DNA of 64,000 nt from Albugo candida. Its lineage: Eukaryota. Shown one piece after another: positions 47,198 through 58,900 of the stretch. The stretch is taken from the NCBI GenBank assembly GCA_040437565.1, contig JBDOQK010000037.1, positions 124,001 through 188,000 of the forward strand. Reading direction: 5' to 3'. The notes below the pieces were generated by a model. The model was not told where the DNA came from, searched no databases, and saw nothing but the letters and a program-made list of their open reading frames with translations. The translations under genes were made by a program, and so were the position numbers. Numbering within the stretch: position 1 is the first letter of the stretch; every line of letters starts with the position of its first letter.

Positions 47198-47961
47198 AAA
47201 TGACTGTTTGTGCGCCGCAGGCAAATTATTTCGACCATCAGAAAACGTCAATTGGTGCGAATTGCGTGGCGCATCAAAATTGTACATATGCAACCCCGCG
47301 AATTAGCAAATTTCCGGCATTTTGACCGTGTAAATAGCAAGTGCAATGCTTCGCATCGTGCAAAGGTCTGACAGAGCACGGTAAACGACTCGAATAGTAG
47401 CATTTGAAAGTCGACAGTCCAAGTGCTATAATAGGAATCGTCCTAGGAATAGTGCTTGATCCAGTAAGCGTCTCCTGAGAAAAAAAGTCTTTTTTAACCC
47501 GCCTGAAAACTCCTACGGACGATGTATCAAACACTCGTTTGACGTGTGAACCCACCAACCTAAAGCTATGCTGACGAAACACTGTAGAAATCAGACCATG
47601 CTGCCTTTTTAACCTACAGCTGTTTGAATCTCTATAGAGAGCATTGAATAAAACTACGCTAGTTGTGTTACGTGTACACACTAATACTTTCCTATCGAAA
47701 AGCCGCGAGAAAAGGTACGTTACTGTACCACTAAACACGGTTCCCCATGTAAACTCAAATAGTAACGTTAACGAATCTGAATTAAAAAAGCGCATAAACG
47801 GACATACAAAACAATTACGCCTGACACTCCACTGGCCTTATCGCAAGCACCGTAGACTTTGAATTAGTACCCTCTCCGCATTTCTATCTCTATCTGTTCT
47901 CGTTATACAGACTACACATTTATTCACGAACCGACTCAATTGCCGATCCTATCCATCTTCC

Positions 47962-50301
47962 ATGTGTTGGTGGTGTTGTATGCGCGTGCTGGAGAATTGT
48001 CTGCCGCGAAATGATATCGTACGAGAATTAGCACCGTACCTCCAACATGCGCATCAAGAGGAGCAACCAACGACGCAAGATCGAGAGAGACCGCCCCGGG
48101 CCCACGATGACGCATCTCGTCCACCACAACGACAAACGCCGCGTATCGGGCAGTCGACGAGCAGTGGAGAAATCGACGTTGTTATCACTTCTGGAATCGA
48201 TTCTATAACAGTCAATTATCATGACGGTACACAAGCCATTTTAGAATCGAGCAATAATATACCGGTTTCCACCAATGAGGGACAAGAGCGCTCCACAGCT
48301 TTAAGCGGACGGAATGGGTATTTCAATTCGATGCATCTGCCTACACTCACGAATAGCCAGAAACGTATGCCAATTGTGAGGTCTACGCGATCGGAACAGA
48401 CCGAGTACTCGAAATGCTCTTCGCCAGTGAACAATACGTCGGACACACAATCGGGACCCATACGACTCACAACTGGTGGGTATGAGGGCGGTTTAAATCC
48501 TCATCTGACTTTAGCTTCAAATTGTATGAGTGATCCCTCATTACCAACACTTCCATTACGAAGACCTTCTCATCAAAAAGTGAAAACGGAATTGGGTGAT
48601 TTGACTCCAGTGTATTGGGATAAAATTGTGCTAGTCCAGGTCACCGCCGAAGGATTTCGAGAGATATTGAGTCGCTACAACAGCGAGTTGCTCGAAGAAG
48701 CTCGATTATTGTATGAGCACACGGTCTTATCTCGATTATCGTCCGAATATGGAGGCATCGAATTGATCCGACAACGTCAATCGGGTTTGTATGTTGTCGC
48801 GTTCATGTCGGAATTCCATGCTGCCAAGTGGTGTATCTCTCTACAGCTGAGCTTGGTATACGCGGCGTGGAATGTGAAATTACTCAAGCAGATTCGTGCT
48901 CTCGACGAATATTACCAAAAAGTACCGGGGAAGTCAAAGAAGAGTGTATTATTATATCGCGGATTTCGTGTATGTATGGTGATACACAGTGTTCAAATGG
49001 ACGGGAATTTGGAAATCTCACTGGCGAATGCTGTCAAGTGGACAAAAACAGTCTCGGATTTCGCACATGGAGGACAGATTGTATTGAGCGATAATGTTTG
49101 GGATCGACTGAAAGAACAATTGGTACAGATTGGGAACCCTGTCGTGGAAGATCTTGGCGCACATCTGGTTCTAGGCACAGAAGTACAGCTTGTGTTACTT
49201 CTTCCCCGAAATCTCGAATTACGACGATTTCGGCCGCTAAAGTCTCCTCAACAATTGAAATTAGGAATGCGTGATGCTCCATCCGCTATGAACGATGTCA
49301 CAATGGTATTCACGTTTATTGACGGTGCACGGCCTCTGGTACGATCGCATGCTGAAGAACTAGCAAATCGAATCAAAGTATTATGCTCAGTAGCTCGAGA
49401 TTTATTGAAAAAGCACAAAGGATACGAATGTCAGGAGCTCCAAGGAGATTTCATGGTCGCATTTTTTCATCCGTGCAGTGCGATATTATGGTGTGGGGAA
49501 TTACAATTACAGATTCAAGCAAAATTTCGCGAGTGGAGTGCAGCTGCCGGACGGAACCAACAGGAATTGATGTTTCATATGTCTATGGGTATTGAGACCG
49601 GTCGACCGGCCAGCGTCAGTCCTCACAAAACGAGTGGCCGCGCCGACTACTTTGGGAATATCGTGAATCAGACTGCTCGAATTGCCAAAGCCGCGAATGG
49701 AGGTCAAATTCTCATCGGAGGCGATGCATGGCGGATATTCTCGCATGCGTACGCTCGTATCAGTACGAATGTGACCACGCACGATGTGATCAGTGAAGTC
49801 AGAGAGGCGACAATATTCGAGTTCAAGTTTCACGGATACTATGCTTTCAAGGGAATTGCCGCGCCAATTGGACTCATTGAAGCCATTCCAGTCGATCCAA
49901 GACATATGCAGCGAGTCGTTCAGGGTAAAGTGAGCGGTGACGGATTGTCGAGCTTGTTTCGTCCTCCCAAATCCCAGCAGATCGATGAACGATCCGTTGC
50001 GTTGCAGCATCGTATCGATGTGAAAAATGTTCCGGCTGAAATGTGGCGATTGCATCACGCACAAAAGAATGAGAACAATACGATCCGAGAGACAGAATTC
50101 GACGAGAGTTTTGCGATTCGAGATGATGTGTTGATGCTAGAATCAGAGTCCATGGATGAAGCTGAAATGACAATTAGTGGGAGCGAAACATTGGCTATGA
50201 GTGGAGGATTTCGATTCAATCATAATCTCTTGGCTTCCCAGACATCATTTACAGCGAGCGCATTCGAACCGATTCTCGATGAAAGAATGGATCGTATTTG
50301 A
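47962..50301 (+). CDS. Soluble tandem class III nucleotide cyclase-like protein (degenerate)
   Basis: Two cyclase folds: YRGFRVCMVIH..AHGGQIVLS and VTMVFTFIDG..GYECQELQGDFMVAF..ADYFGNIVNQTARI..ANGGQIL..FKGI; N-terminal MCWWCC. Confidence 0.82.
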   Translation: MCWWCCMRVLENCLPRNDIVRELAPYLQHAHQEEQPTTQDRERPPRAHDDASRPPQRQTPRIGQSTSSGEIDVVITSGIDSITVNYHDGTQAILESSNNIPVSTNEGQERSTALSGRNGYFNSMHLPTLTNSQKRMPIVRSTRSEQTEYSKCSSPVNNTSDTQSGPIRLTTGGYEGGLNPHLTLASNCMSDPSLPTLPLRRPSHQKVKTELGDLTPVYWDKIVLVQVTAEGFREILSRYNSELLEEARLLYEHTVLSRLSSEYGGIELIRQRQSGLYVVAFMSEFHAAKWCISLQLSLVYAAWNVKLLKQIRALDEYYQKVPGKSKKSVLLYRGFRVCMVIHSVQMDGNLEISLANAVKWTKTVSDFAHGGQIVLSDNVWDRLKEQLVQIGNPVVEDLGAHLVLGTEVQLVLLLPRNLELRRFRPLKSPQQLKLGMRDAPSAMNDVTMVFTFIDGARPLVRSHAEELANRIKVLCSVARDLLKKHKGYECQELQGDFMVAFFHPCSAILWCGELQLQIQAKFREWSAAAGRNQQELMFHMSMGIETGRPASVSPHKTSGRADYFGNIVNQTARIAKAANGGQILIGGDAWRIFSHAYARISTNVTTHDVISEVREATIFEFKFHGYYAFKGIAAPIGLIEAIPVDPRHMQRVVQGKVSGDGLSSLFRPPKSQQIDERSVALQHRIDVKNVPAEMWRLHHAQKNENNTIRETEFDESFAIRDDVLMLESESMDEAEMTISGSETLAMSGGFRFNHNLLASQTSFTASAFEPILDERMDRI

Positions 50302-50654
50302 TGATCAGCAGGATAGCTGTACTGTTAGATAGAAAGAAGCGAGTTGGCACGATAGAGCGTACACTTTGGTGAAGGGAAAAGATGTTGTGATACTGTTCGT
50401 TCTTTTTGGCTTGAATGAAGCTGGCAAGTGAGGATGCATGGACTGTGTCCTGTACGATGATGTCGCCCGTTGTCTGCTTCCTTTCCATCCACCCATTCGA
50501 CTTGTTAGCCGCGGAGGTGACATGCTGCATCCGAGGCAGAGCTTGTGCGTAAGAACGTGCGCAAGCAGAATGAGCAGCAAAGTAGTGTGTGATTCCTTGC
50601 AGAGTCGTAATAGGTTTCCAGGCGCATTTTGCCAAAATTCACGGAGCTGTATGG

Positions 50655-52658
50655 TTACTTGTTTACATTTTCCCTTTCTTGCAAAATTCTGCGCAATATC
50701 TTGCCAGTGGGACTCCGCGGAATGGAGTCGGTAAACTCGACAGCACGAAGTCTTTTATACGCAGCCACTTTACCCGCCACAAAGTCCAAAATATCGGATT
50801 TTTTGCACGCAATATTTTGGTCTCTCAACACCACATACGCCTTTGGAAACTCCTCTCCATTCTTATCGTATGCGCGAACGCAACACGAGTCCAATATGTC
50901 GGGATGAAGATTCAGGATATCCTCGAGTTCAGCTGGAGCAACTTGATAGCCTCGATACTTGATAAGTTCTTTTGACCGATCGAGAATGAACACAAAGCCA
51001 TCTTCATCAATGTACCCGACATCGCCTGTACGCAGGTAATCTCCGTCGACAAAGGCGGCTTCAGTCAAACGTTTCTCGTTTAGGTATCCTTGCATGACTT
51101 GTGGTCCACGGAATAAAAGCTCTCCTATCCCACCAGCTTCGAGATCGTCGCCGCTGCTCGTACATCGAACACGCAATTGTGTGTTTGCTACCACTCTACC
51201 AGCAGACCCCTTCCTCGAAACTCATAAGCGCGAGATGATTAACGTGTGATAGAGATTCTTCTACCTTTTTACGTGTCTCGTCTTGATTGATAGTCAAAAG
51301 CGGAGACGATTCCGTCAGTCCGTAGCCTTGCTTCACGATCACGGAAAGACGCTTCTCCAGAAGAGATTCCACACGATGACCTAATGGAGCTCCTCCAGAT
51401 ACTATAACCTTCGTCGCCGAGAGGTCGTAACGATCCACCATCGGATGATTTGCTAGGAACAGCGCAATTGGCGGGGCAATATGAATTTTTTCCATCTGCA
51501 TCAACGTGTCGGTGAGCGTGTTTTTCCATTCTGACAGTAGTAACGACCTACCCGGAGGCTGGAAACTGTTCTCAAAAACACTTCAGGATCGAATTTGGGT
51601 AAGATGACGTTTGTACGGCCTTGGTGCAGCGCCATATTCGAGATAAGAGAGCCGTAAATGTGGTAAAATGGCAAGACACCGATACATTGACGACCCAATT
51701 TCTCAAGCTGACTGACTTGCAACACATTCGCTACAATATTCCGATGGGAAAGCATCACTCCCTACATCGACCATAAAAGTCATTCACTCGTTTGTTTAAA
51801 AGCGCCACTACCTTTGGTAAGCCTGTAGTCCCGCTGGAAAATGGCAACATGCTCGTCGACCGCACAGTATCTGAATCAAATATATCGGTCCACTTCCAGT
51901 CACTGTACCCTCTTCCTATAAATTCGCTGCATACTGCTTCTAAGCTTGAGCTCGAATACTTGGAATTCAAGAAAACCTGATGGATTTGTGTTGAGATGCA
52001 GTGGAAGCTTCGCCAAAAGTATAAAACTTTATCGTATTACTCGCTACGAGTTGAGCCGCTTCAAAAGATACGTGTTCCACTGATCTGTTTGTGATGATTG
52101 TGGTGGCCTTTCGTACATCGCGTCAGTGTGTCCATCGCTCCACTTAGAGCACAAGTACCTTGGCACATGTGAGCTGTGTCGCTAGTTCTGCAGGCTTTAG
52201 TAAGGGTGAGGCAGTACTGCAAATGACGCCCAAAGCATTCAGAGCTGGAGATTCAACATATTAGTCAACAGATTTGCTCAGCATTGCTTCCTACCCAGTG
52301 TGATCATCATGTACTCTAAGCAATTGGGAGAATGGAGGAGCACTACATCGCCACGTTGAATTCCATCGGTTTCTAAGCCGCATGCGATACTTTTGGCGTT
52401 TTCATACAACTGTTTAAATGTGACCTTCTCATTCGTGACAGCACATTGTGAAGCTACTTTGTCGGGGATCGCATGCGCTTGTTTCTCAGCAATATGCCAC
52501 AATGTGGTGTCAGGAATCGCAATAGACTCGAACGGAGAATCAAATATCGTCGAGGATGCGTTCCGACAGCTTTGAAATGCATTGCGAAGAAGGCGTTTGT
52601 TCGCATGAGCACTCAGAGTCGGACATAAAGATCGCAATAACAGGCGGCTCTGAAGCAT
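50655..52658 (-). CDS. 4-coumarate-CoA ligase/luciferase-like acyl-CoA synthetase, multi-exon
   Basis: LPFSSGTTGLPK, LPFYHIYG, SGGAPL, QGYGLTE, LRTGD, DRSKELIKYRGYQVAPAELE, IPRSPTGKILRR. Confidence 0.92.
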
Positions 52659-52975
52659 ATCTATAGTTAAGTAAGGTACATTATATTAGTGACAGTATTG
52701 GCAATTATTTGCAATTCTATCCTGTGATTCGATTTGGCTCCGAGACTATGACTACCAGAGAAATTTCTACTACTATATAAGAGCTAAAAGCTATTATTTC
52801 ATCAACCATTCCGTTGCTGTGCTCTATAAAGCAGTGGAAGGCCATCTCCATCCAATAGCAACCAACAAGTCGGATGATTGAAGGCCTTCACTTTACAGAC
52901 AATAAAAAGGAATGTGATTTGACGCTGACGTAAACGCATGATTCTATCTCCTATTATTGCTACCGATCAAGTCGA

Positions 52976-55900
52976 TCACACACCTCCATCGCTCCGTTTT
53001 GATCGCGGATGCTTTGAACAATACGCTCGCAACAGTCCATTTTCGTTCATAAACATATCGAATTCGGTCTTATTTTCCTGGCCGCAGATTGGATGAAAAC
53101 GTGTTGTGCATGCAGGTCGCATGCATTCGATACAGCCATTCGGTCGTTTACAAATGACACACTCTGTACCGCGCATTTGCTCGATCGCTTGGGACGTATT
53201 CATTATGCCGCGCATCCGTGCTGCATCTTCGAATTGAGATCCTGGAGCCCACAACGCGCAAACAACGTGTGCCCAGCCACCTTCTACCGTCTTCTTCAGC
53301 GCACTTACCGGGCGTGTCAGCGGACATAGTACACAACGTTCGGTTTTCTACACAAAGTACGATCTCAGCAAAGGAAACATTCCACTTCTCTGTCGCTGCG
53401 CCTACCGCCTCTTTCGTTTCCGTGGATGCATCCGCGCAATAGTCGCAATACCACGGGATATCGCCTTCGGGAACCGATTCGATGCCGTAGCAAAACTATC
53501 AGAGCGCGTGAGAAGTGTTTAGACAATGTGATAGAGTTCGAGTACCTTATGCACAGCCACTTGACACCTTTCACATTGAACGATTGGATCATCGAGAAAA
53601 CCTTGGTCGCTAAAACACACACGACACCACATTTCCTCGTCTTCCTGAGGATCCACGCGATTCTGAACGTCGGAAATTGACTGTGTTTTTGACTCGACGT
53701 CTTTATCAGCGCTCTCTGTTGGTTTATCGGCGTCATGGGGACTTGAAGCATCATCGACTGCTTCTTTAACAACCACTTCATTCCGATTTGCGTGCGCCAA
53801 CTCTTTTCCAGCCAGCTTTTCGTCCTTCCGAGGATGATTTCGACGATGTTCGTGCTTCTTACCATCAAAAGCGCGTTTGATTCCTTCCTTGTTTTTCGAT
53901 GATTTTCGAGGCTTTTCCTTCTCTGAAGCAGAGCGTTGTGCGCGCTCTATCGAGAGAAGCTCTTTGAGCATTTTGCCGATGCGTTTCTTCTTTGTATGGA
54001 TCCGATACACTCGATAAGAGCCATGTTTCCGTCGAAGCGAAATACGAAGACCAGTTTTATGATTGTGCGGTACCGCGGGCGGACTCGCATTTGGAGTGGC
54101 CGTCCAGGTCGTGTCTGGAGCCGTCGGTCGGGCGCGTTTACGCTTTCTAGCCAATTTATGATCGGCCTCTTCCTCCTCCTCTCCATCACTCGAATCTTCC
54201 TCCGCTTCAAGATCATGGTCAACTTCCTCCTCACTTTTACTTTTTTGGCCTTTGGACCCTTTACCGAGCTTGAGTTTTCTCCGATTTCGATGCCCATCCG
54301 TGTCTGGCCCATTTCCATCCTCTTCCTTTGCACCATCAATGAATTCCAGGTACATCAATTCACTCTCCACATCTTGATTCCGTCGTCGTTTTGGACGTTC
54401 AATGGTCTCAAGCCATTCAGCAGCTACTTGACGGACATTCACAATCCCTTTCCGGACAGGTCCAGTCACTTTGAGCTCAATCAGAATGGACATGATTTGG
54501 TCTGCGTCGGCCAAGGATCCTCCACGCTGACGTTCATGCACAACTGCCCGAGCGCAATCCCGCAACTCGCTGAGAAAGCGTTTGATATCGTCAGTGGAAG
54601 CAGTAGTAAGCCAGCCTTCCTGGACTCGAGTCATCAACACTTGGACAGGTTTCGGTCCCAATACTTTTTCCCAAAATTGCTCATCGTTGAAATCAATCGT
54701 CGAGTCTGACGTCTCTGCAGTAAATGTGGCTTTCGAGAACGATAAAGCGCTATTTCCGTTATTGGAACCTTCAATTTTATTCTTCTCGTCGCCATTCTCA
54801 GTCCCTCCAGCATCGCCGCCTGTGGGATCATAACGGATCGTTCGACTTGCCGAAAGCAATTGATCGATATCGAGCTCATTGATTGCGCGATTCTCGGGAT
54901 CCAGCTCATCTTCCTCGCCCATGATCGCATACGCGCCATATCGGATCATCATTTCAACTTTCTCGCGATCCAACGACATCAGCGACATCATATTCCCACT
55001 CGCATTCTCATCTTCGCCATCAAACTCATTCCTTACGCCTCCGGTCTCAAAGACGGCATGATGCATACCGAGCTTCTTCGATGCGATATCAAACATCTGA
55101 GCTTCGTACGTTTTCTTTGTCACGAGACGATAGATATTCACCGACTTTGTTTGGCCGATCCGATGGCAACGAGCGACAGCCTGAAGATCGTTTTGGGGAT
55201 TCCAGTCGCTATCGTACAAAATGACCACCGAAGCTGCGATCAAATTGATGCCGACACCACCGGCACGAGTGCTCAGCAAAAATGCAAATGTGTCGGACTT
55301 TGGATTATTGAATCGATCAATCGCTGCCTGACGAAGATTCCCACGAACGGAGCCATCCATTCGCTCGATCTGGTAGCCGCGTAGATGACAAAGATCTTCA
55401 ATCACGTCCAGCATCATTTTGAATTGTGAGAAAATAAGAATTTTCTTCTGTTCCGCGCGAAATTTCGCAAGCATTTTGTCAAGCAATACAGTTTTCCCGC
55501 TTGCCTGCACGAGGATTTTGGATCGTTGGATTTCATTCAAACGAAAGCATTCTTTCTCCTCGACACCGCGGATGAGGAAAGGATGATTACAGCATTTTCG
55601 AAGTTCCATTTCAACATTCACCAAATTGGCCACACTTCCTGAAGCTCCTTGATTCAAGAACGTACGATTACGCTCAAAAATCGCTCGATAATATTTCTTC
55701 TGCAGCGTCGTCAGCTCCACATCGATGATCGTTTCTTCCTTTGGAGGAATACTCTTCTCCACATCTTCCTTGACACGACGAAGCATGTATGGGCGCAATT
55801 GCTCATGCAAACGGGCAACCTGGTCTGCTGTAGCCAGATCGCCATAATCATTGTAAAATTGCTGCTGACTCGGGAATTTCTCAGGCTCGATAAAGTTCAA

Positions 55901-58900
55901 AAGACACCACAATTCGAAGACGCCATTTTGAAGCGGAGTTCCGGTCATCAGAAGACATGCGTCCCATGTGAAGTGCATCAGTGATTGTAAAAGCTTTGTT
56001 TCGCGGTTTTTCAGCTTATGTGCCTCATCGATCACCAAATAGCGCCAGTGAATGCATTCAAGAAACTCGGCATCGGCCATAAGCGTCTGATACGAAGTCA
56101 CCAGCACATTGAATTTATAGATACCACGACGACGAAACATATCCGATTGCTTGTAGTAGAATTCTTGCTCTCGGATGAATGAGCGAATCTCACTTCCGCC
56201 TTCGGAATCATGATACACCACGCAATTCATGGTCGTCCACGTCTCAATTTCGCGCTTCCAATTGCCCAATGTCGCCAAAGGCGCAATCACCAAAAAAGGC
56301 CCTCGAATATGCTCTTGCTGGCGTAAATGCTCCATGATCGATGTCGCTTGTACAGTTTTCCCAAGACCCATTTCATCCGCAAGGATACAATTCCGACGAT
56401 TATACCAGCAAAATACCAGCCAATTCAAGCCTTCCAACTGATACGAACGCAATTTGTTTTGATTGTTGTATACGGGCGATTCCTGGTACTTGGCCCATGT
56501 CGTCGGGTCCGGTCGTGTGTCTGAGAACATTGCTGGATTCGCACCATTTACGATCGGCGGATGATTGAAACGATGATACGCGGCAATCTTTCGGTCATCG
56601 GTGAGGTCGTCTTCCCATTCCCACGAGCAATCGACGTAGCTGAGATCCCGCCACTTGACCAGATACTTGACGCCTTTCTTCATTTTGATAGAAGGTTGTA
56701 CATCCGCATCGATATTGGAAGTGCCGTCAAGATCATTCATTGTCTTGGAGACTTCCATCATCAAGCGCCATAGACGGAATGGACTCATTTTCACTGCTTC
56801 TTCGACTTCTTTCGCGTCGAGAATACGATCAATTTCAGTGAACGATTCGCTAAAGTGGATGGTATTGTCTTTCCCGGCAATCACTGGATTCTCTCGAGCT
56901 ATCTCGACTTCACGACCGTGTTTTCGAAGGTGTCGACGCATTCGCATGATTGCATGATGTCCAAAAGCTTCGATATCGGCGACACGAAGCCAATCGACAT
57001 GCATATACGACGTATCCTTCCATTTGATCAGAAACTCCATTACGGCTTCCGGTGAGTCCATTTGATCTTTCACAAATCGAACGCTAACGATTCTGTCCAT
57101 TAGCGGTCCTTTACGATCATCTTCTTCAGCGCTTTCTTTACCAGCTCCATGCATGCGTTTCTTCTTCTTCTCTTCGCCACTCACTTCGATATCGGATTCC
57201 ATCTCTTTCTCCGCGTAATTCATCTTCGCTTTGCCAGCATTCCGACCGGATCGCCGCTTTGGTATCGCGTCTACAGCGAATTTCAGCGAAGAACCTTCCT
57301 CTCGACCTGATTCATCATCATCCGACTCACTCAATCGCTTTTTTCGAGACTTTCCTCGACCTCCAAAACCGCTTTTTCGTCCACGCTTAGCAGCTGCTTT
57401 CGATAAAATCGGTTCAGGTGCGAATTTTCGCTTCCGTTTGCGTTGATCCTCTGTATCCTGAACGAGATGATTATGCTCATTTGAACGCAATGCTTTCGCT
57501 AGCATTCCACTGGGAATCGTTCCGTCGGAAGCTGTGAATTTGAAAAGCATTATCTGAGCCCGAAGCTGATCTTTCTGATCGAGTGTGAAAAGAGCCCGAA
57601 CGCGAGGACGTGGTGCTCTTTGCATTACATTTGGATCAGGTACCACCGCACTGGGTCCCTGACTGGATGGAGGACCATTATCCGCATGCCCCGTCACTGT
57701 GCCTGCGGGATGCATATAATTCATCACATTGGAACCGTAGACGCGATGAATGTACTGATTGTACGCAAGTGCAGCTTCTCTTTCTGAGCGATACATTCCC
57801 AATCGACGGACACCACTTCCATCGACATGGAGTTCTGCCGCCCATTCATTCCGTCCAATATGTCGCACACCCATATGCCAAATGCCGCGAGTGAATAGCT
57901 CAGGATTGTCCAGACCTGCAATCGATGTGTGCTGCCCATACTCATGCATCATATTGTCGCTCACTTGTGAGTGCGCTGACCAATTGAGTCGACGGAATCG
58001 CAGTAATACGGGACGCAATGATTTCAATCTTCCGACAACTTTGGTGAAATCATCGGCTTTCAAGATCTTATACCCATCCACTGCGACCAATTCATCTCCA
58101 ATTTCAATCTTCCCACTGGCTTCAGCCGGTCCGATAATGCCTTCCGCTGGACGGCGAAAGCATGTGACGGTCACACGACTCATACAGATGTTCATGTTCA
58201 TGCACAAGCCTACTGAGCCTTTATGCAGAAGGATCTCATACTCGTTCGGTGTTTCAGGAGAAAACCACGTCAACGATTTCGCTGGTGCTGAAAGCACTCC
58301 ACGAAGCATGTCGACAGCTAATGCAGCTGTCTGAGATGACGTTACGATCTGTTTGCTGATAGACACGAGAGTCGACAACGCTCGGTGATCAGCAAAGTGA
58401 TACACCATTTCATTCACTTTGCGTGGACGTAGCGAATGTGGAGCAAACACGAACGGCTTTACCATTGCTTCTTGATTACCTGAGGATTCCTGCATGAAAG
58501 ATGTGAGTGTATGAATTACGCGAAAATGGAGCTGCGTGTACCTGCGGTTGGCTGTATGGAATGCTTGGAGCGGGCTGAGATGTGTTTTGGTTCGGTATGG
58601 AAGGTAATGGTTCAGCGGTGTTGCGAGATGGATCGTACATTCCATTCGAGACGTTACCTTGATGGTTCATATGCGATTGGATCAATGGAGGCGCGTCTTG
58701 AGAAGGATTGTAGAACGATGGGGCATTCCTTTGATTCTCAAACATGCGACTCGTATCCATATTTCTCATCGGCACTTGTGAGAATTGAACTGTGTTCATA
58801 GGCGCATACGTTGTCGGTGGTTGAGAAGGATGGTAGAATTCTTTGTGGTGATGCAAGGGTGCTTCCTGAGGTGCTGATCGTGCAGTGTAGTGCGAGCCGT

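Noticed and set aside
50249-50635. 128-codon minus-strand ORF downstream of the 4CL-like gene
   Set aside because: TTG start, overlaps the cyclase end, and no plausible intron links it to the 4CL gene
58476-58645. Programmed frameshift or overlapping ORFs between the CHD N-terminal ORF and the main ORF
   Set aside because: A 52-nt GT-AG intron (58490-58541) joins them in phase
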